In this document: piece by piece, positions 49,050 through 54,986 of the stretch
How the letters are laid out: every line of letters starts with the position of its first letter
How positions within the stretch are numbered: position 1 is the stretch's first letter
Origin: Octopus bimaculoides
Taxonomy: Eukaryota
Assembly: GCF_001194135.2 (NCBI RefSeq)
Contig: NC_069003.1
Location: forward strand, 17,134,101-17,189,086
DNA: 54,986 nucleotides
Reading direction: 5' to 3'
Notes under the pieces: model-generated
What the model saw: only the letters and a program-made list of their open reading frames with translations
The model's database searches: none
What the model was told of the DNA's origin: nothing
Program-made: the position numbers and the translations under genes

Positions 49050-49930
49050 AGCCTCACTTGGCGACACTATTTCTCAGTCGGCCATTTCAAGTTTTCTTGT
49101 TTCAGCCATAAACAGAAGCTGGCCTTTCAACTATCTCCTGTATCCTCCTTATTAGTTTTCTCAGCTCTGCACTCAAAAATCCAAATCTTCTTTTAAATAG
49201 CATTGCCATTTTCCTTTCAATGAAGCCTCTCACCCCACTGCCAAGTGGTAATACTCGACAGCCCACCCATGTTCCCTGCACTCTTCTATTAATCTCTCAT
49301 ACCTCCTCTCCTTCTGTTGCTCTGTATTAGTGATATTCTCTTCCCACAGCACTGTCAGCTCTATCAAAATTCCAATTTTCCGTTCTGTATTCCAAAGGAT
49401 TAAGTCTGGTCTTTTTGTTGTTATTATGAGTGGGAATATTACTTGTCTCTCCAAATCCATGGCCAGCTCCCGGTATTCTTTTCATCTTTTGTCTGTCTCG
49501 TATACTTTGCTGGACCCAGTCTTATGGCCTTTTCCCTCCTTCTGGAAGTATATCCTTCCATGCTTTTCCACTTTTGGGTACTCTCCCCTATTGTACTCCT
49601 TGAGTGCTGTGCTTATAATACAAAGGACTTGGTTATGACGCCATGTATATCTGTCCAGTGCCAGCCTGTAGTTTGACAGGACATGTCTCATCGTCACTTG
49701 CTCTCCACATTTACATTCATCAGCCATTTGTATGTTCCACCGGACTAAGTTGGCCAGTGACAGCAAAATGTTGAAGATGAACTTGATCAGGAAGGATGGT
49801 CTTGCTTGTTTCCAAGCTCCAAGTTCTTTTCATGTGATTTTGCAACTGACCCATATTCCTCCCATCTTAGGCACTGTCCCTGTTGACTACATTGCATCAA
49901 ATGCACATTTCATCTTTTTTTTCCTCTTTG
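49050..49930 (-). mobile_element. 3' part of an RLE-type non-LTR element (Hero/NeSL-like)
   Basis: LANLVRW...CKCGEQVTMRHVLSN...RYTWRHNQVL (zinc knuckle); RPDLILW...ILIELTVLWEE...KERRYERL (restriction-like endonuclease). Confidence 0.85.
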
Positions 49931-50019
49931 AGACCATTCCGTCCCATGTCATCATAAATGGTATTATTTTAACCTTATATCCATTCATCTGTTTAATTTC
50001 TTTAGCAAGTCTGTTATCA

Positions 50020-53000
50020 TCATCATCATCATTTAACGTCCGCTTTCCATGCTAGCATGGGTTGGATGATTTGACTGGGGACTGGCGAACCAGATGGCTA
50101 CACCAGACTCCAATCTGATCTGGCAGAGTTTCTACAGCTGGATGCCCTTCCTAACGCAAACCACTCTGAGAATGTGGTGGGTGCTTTTTACGTTCCACCG
50201 ACACGAGGACCAGTCTGGTAGTGGCCACGCTCAAATGGTGTTTTTTACGTGCCACCTGCACAGGAGTCAGTCCAATGTTTTGTTCACATGTCACCAGCAG
50301 AAGTGCCAGTAAGGCGAAGCTGGAAACGATCGCGCTCAAATGGTGCTTTTTACGTGCCACAGGCAGAGGAGCAAGACCGCTGCTCTGGCAGTGATCCCGC
50401 TCAGATGGTGCTGTTAGTGCTCAACTGGCACAGGTGACAGTCATCAAATTTGGTTCAGTTTCGATCTCACTTGCCCCAATAAGTCTTCGTAAGCTGAGTT
50501 TAGTGTCCAATGAAGGAAGGTTGGCATGGATGCCAGTCATCGAATATGGTTCAATTTCAATTTCACTTGACTCAACAGGTCTTTGCAAGCAGGGTTTTGT
50601 GTTCAAAGAAGGAAAGGTACGCATAAGTGGGCTGGCTACACACCTGGTAAGGGCTACGGGTTATGGCCTCACTTGTCTTGCCGGGTCTTCTCATGCACAG
50701 CATATTTCCAAAGGTCTTGGTCACTAGTCATTGCCTCGGTGAGGCCTAATGTTCAAAGGTCGTGCTTCACCACCTCATCCCAGGTCTTCCTGGGTCTACC
50801 TCTTCCACAGGTACCCTCAACTGCTAGGCTGTGGCACATTTTCACACAGCTATCCTCATCCATTCTCACCAAATGACCATACCGGTGCAATCGTCTCTCT
50901 TGCACACCACAACTGATGCTTCTTAGGTCCAACTTTTCTCTCAAGGTACTTACACTCTGTCGGGTATACACACTGACATTACATATCCATTGGAGCATGC
51001 TGGCTTCATTCCTTGCGAGCTTACGCATGTCCTCAGCAGTCACGGCCCATGTTTCACTGCCATGTAGCATGGCTGTTCATGCACATGCGTCATACAGTCT
51101 GCCTTTTACAGTGAGCGAGAGGCCCTTTGTCACCAGCAGAGGTAAGAGCTCTCTGAACATTGCCAGGCTATTCTTATTCTAGCAGCTACACTTTCAGCGC
51201 ACCCTCCCCCACTACTAACTTGGTCACCTAGGTAACAAAAGCTATCAACTACTTCTAGTTTTTCTCCCTGGAATGTGGCAGAAGTTGTTTTCTGCGCATT
51301 TTCAGTGTTTATTGCTCCTGAGCATCTGCCACATACAAAAAATATCTTGCTAGTTAGCCTTCCTTTGATATTGCTGCACCTCTTGTGTCTATAGCTTACA
51401 CTGGGTACGTCTTATAGAGTTTCTACCTNNNNNNNNNNCTGAAACTTCTCCTCTAGTTCTGATAGTGACTCAGCAATTAGAGCAAGGTCATCAGCATAGA
51501 GGAGCTCCCAGGGGCATCCTGTCTTGAATTCCTGTGTTATTGCCTGGAGGACTATGACAAATAGGAGGGGGCTGAGGACTGAACCTTGGTGGACCTCTAC
51601 CTCTACCCGGAATTCTTCACTGTACTCATTGCCAACCCTCACCTTTACATGGCTTGCACAGATCTCACTAGCCATTCATCTATCCCTAGTTTCCTCATTG
51701 ACCACAAGATAAGGGATCGGGGGACCCTGTCAAAGGTTTTCTCCATGTCAAAGAAAGCCAGGTACAGAGGTTTATCTTTGGCTAGGTATTTCTCCTGCAG
51801 CTGTCTTACCAGAAATATAACATCAGTGGTGCTTTTCCCTGGCACGAATCCAAACTGCATCTCATCTAAACTGATTCGCTCCCTAATTAGTTGGGCTATG
51901 ACCCTCTCCCTGACCTTCATTACCTGTTCCAACAACTTGATATCTCTGTAATTATTTGTATCTAAAGCGTCACCTTTACCTTTGTAGAAGTTGACTATGG
52001 TGCTGCTTCACCAGTCATCGGATATGACTCCTTCGTGTATCACCTGGTTAACTATATGGGTGACTAGGCTATAGCCAACACTGCCAGATATTTCGAGCAT
52101 CTCTGCAATGATTCCTGATGGGCCGGGGCTTTCCCTGTCTTCATACTCTTGATTGCTTTTTCTACCAAGATACTGTCAATTAGGATAGCTGGTCCCTCTG
52201 TTGGGTCGACATTCAGCAGATTCTCTTTCTCCCATTCATTCTCTTTGTTAAGCAACCTTTCATAGTGGCGTCTCCAAACCTCTCTCTTTGCAGCCTCGTT
52301 TAGTGCAAGTGAGCCATCATCCATACGGACACATTTCTCTCCTAGCAGTTGACTATGGTGCTGCTACACCAATCATTCGGTATAACTCTTTCATGTACCA
52401 CTTGATTAAGTATATGGGTGACTAGATCATAACCCACATCGCCAGATATTTTAAGCATGTCAGTAGTTATTCCTAATAGACCAGGGACTTTCCCAGTCTT
52501 CATGGCTTTGTCTACAAGGCTACTGTCTATTTGGATTGCTGGTCCCTCTGTTGGATCCACAGTAGGTAGACTCTCCTTCTTCCATGAGTTCTCTACATTT
52601 AGCAGCCTTTTCACAGTGACATTTCTAAGCCTCTTTCTTAACAGAGTCATTAACTGCAAGTGAACCATCATCCATGCGAACACACTTCTCTCATGCAACA
52701 TTACAATTTTCCCTGGCACACTGTCTTGCAAACTGAAACACTTCAAGCTACTGGTCCTCATGCTGCAAAACATTAGCAAACTTCTTCCTTTCTGCTTCAC
52801 TCCTTGCTAAGTATACCTGCTTCCTAGCTTCCATTCTAGCTGCCTGATATAGCTCCTTGCTACCATCACCCTTCCAAGCCTATCTCTTTGCTCCAATGGC
52901 TCTCTCAACTACATTGTTCCACCATGTCATCCTAGGTCTAGTTGGGACTTTGCACCACCCACAAATCTGGTCTGTGGTTTTCAGTGAGTTGTCTCATAGG

Positions 53001-54000
53001 AACTTTCAGTTATCCTCTATATTGCAAGCCTGTGACTCCTCCTCCTCGTCATCAAATGCTTCAGTTAGGAAGTCCCTAAATCTCTGATTTCAAAAGATTC
53101 TTAAGCTTCTAGATCTTTCTTTTCCAAACTGGCTTGCTACTTGGGTTCCTTCATGCCTGTAGCTTGAAGTCACTAATGAGTAATCTATGCTGAGGAGTAT
53201 ATTCTTCACCAGGGAAGGTCTTTGCATTTAAGAGCAACCATGAAACCCTTTTTCTGGTAAAAATGTAGCCAATCTAGCTAGAATGGTCACTGGATTTATA
53301 GGTTATCAGGTGACTGGATAGCTTTCTGAAGTTGATGTTGTAGATGGTTAGCTTATTTGCATCACTGAACTCAAGCAACCTTGTTCCCTCCTTGTTTCGG
53401 GAACCAACTCTATGGCCCTCCATGCATTCTGTGAAAAGACACCTGAGTACTGCCCAACATGTCCATTGAAATTACCAGTCATGAAGATAAGGTCACTATC
53501 ATTTATCTTTGAAGTGACCTACAAAAGAATGTCATAAAAGTGATCCTTTTGTTCATTTGGCAAACCTAGTGGTGGTGGTGGTGGGGGTTATAGGCAGAGA
53601 TGATTGTTGCTGAGCTATTCTGCAAAACTAGTCTAAGCTAAAGTATCCTATCACATTCTGACTACTTCAAACACTTTATTTACTCATTTCTCTACTAGAA
53701 GTATGCCAACAGCTCTTACCCCATCATTGTTGCCATCCCAGAAGAATTTATACCTATGCCTTTTGCCAGTGTGGAACCTGGCTGAAGCTCTCCACCACAG
53801 AACTTCTTGGATGCAGCACACATGTCTCCTTTCAAGCATCTCAACAATCTCACCAGACCTACTTTCCAATGTGCCTACATTGACAGTACCAACTCCGAGG
53901 GAATGTGTGGGGAGGCAGGAGGTAACATGGAGTGGGGGAACTGCAGTTATTGGCATTTGTAAAGAAGGTTGTAATGAGCATTTGCCAATAGAGATGACAT
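50020..54000 (-). mobile_element. RTE family A LINE, near full length, degenerate
   Basis: APE start VGTVNVGTLESRSGEIVEML; GDFNGH-like motif near 53470; RT GFVPGKSTTD, HQGSVLSPLLF, LLYADDLALIA; LHGSETW; (GAT)n tail at ~50020. Confidence 0.92.
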
Positions 54001-54519
54001 AGCAGTTGTCCTCATATCTAATCTACCATCGTTTATGTTACACTTGCTACCTCCATTGGACATGGGTACTGGACCAGTATTAGTGCAGTAGTTGACTTGG
54101 GTTAACTGGTTAGTTATTGTTACCACTATTAGTAGTGAGTGCCATATATCGCTATTAGAACAAATGTTGATACAAATGTAGGTAAATAACTTAAATAAAT
54201 AAGCAGGATATGGGTAGTTAATTTGTTATATTATAGTTAGTGACTAATTAATTAATTAGCAAAGCAATAAAACTAAGAACAGCATGGTCATGTTCAACTT
54301 TGTGTTACAGCAAGATAGGTGAAATTACTGCAGGGAGAGTGGGGGAGCAATGGAAGGACTGCTGTGGGAGGTTTGGGTATAAAAGAAAGAGAAATTTCTG
54401 GTATAGGTGGTGGGACGGGAAAGAATGGGTGCATTGCACATAAGCAAATATCAATTAACCAAAGACAAGAGGAAATATGGGGCAAGCATAAACTAAATTA
54501 GATTTAAATATATGTGTGT

Positions 54520-54986
54520 GTGTGTGTGTATGTACATTTGTTTGTCTCTTGCCACTGGTTGACAACCAGTGTTGGTTTGTTTACATCCCTGCTGCTTATC
54601 AGTTTGACAAAAGAGACTGCTAGAATAAGTACCAAGCTTAAAAATTAAGTATAGAGGTTGATTTGTTTCACTGAAACCTTTCAAGACAATGCCCCAGGTT
54701 GGCTGCAGTCCAATGACTGAAACAAGTAAAAGATAAAGGATTTGACTGCTAAGGCAGGTTTTGAATATTTTGTCTAGCATTCTAATCTTTTTCTTTCTTT
54801 TATTTGTTTCAGTCATTTGACTGCGGCCATGCTGGAGCACCACCTTTAGTTGAGGAAATCGACTCCAGAACTTATTCTTTGTAAGCCTAGTACTTATTCT
54901 ATTGGTGTCTCTTGCCAAACTGCTAAGTGATGGGAACGTAAACACACCAGCATCAGTTGTCAAGCGATGTTGGGGGGACAGACATA
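54520..54986. mobile_element. Two opposed tRNA-SINE 3' fragments (plus 54520-54740, minus 54775-54986)
   Basis: Matches to the SINE body at 11490-11700. Confidence 0.8.

Overview
AT-rich, gap-containing eukaryotic scaffold with dense (TA)n/(CA)n/(GA)n/(CAT)n microsatellites, tRNA-derived SINEs and RTE tails. The repeat landscape looks cephalopod (Octopus-like); this is an inference, not a database result. The only host-gene sequence I can support is two minus-strand exons of the spindle-checkpoint gene MAD1/MAD1L1 (12880-13102 and 10881-11071), so most of the window is probably intron. The rest is decayed transposons: hAT (Buster/ZBED8-like), a CR1/L2-type LINE, two RTE families, Gypsy, three Penelope-like (PLE) fragments, DD36E Tc1-like elements, a DD34D mariner, MULE, a Hero/NeSL-type RLE LINE and several MITEs. 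The most interesting signal is a set of type I minimal hammerhead-ribozyme scaffolds with loopless palindromic stem III in at least four unrelated repeats. Two of these repeats are ORF-less, terminally redundant units ending in fold-backs, and may be non-autonomous PLE-driven or retrozyme-like elements. Activity is untested, and most copies carry core or stem III mutations. TE boundaries are approximate unless TIR/TSD coordinates are given. N gaps: 1676-2117, 15834-15933, 19817-20139, 27538-27768, 31557-32350, 35096-35988, plus small ones. No CRISPR, rRNA or intact tRNA gene was seen.
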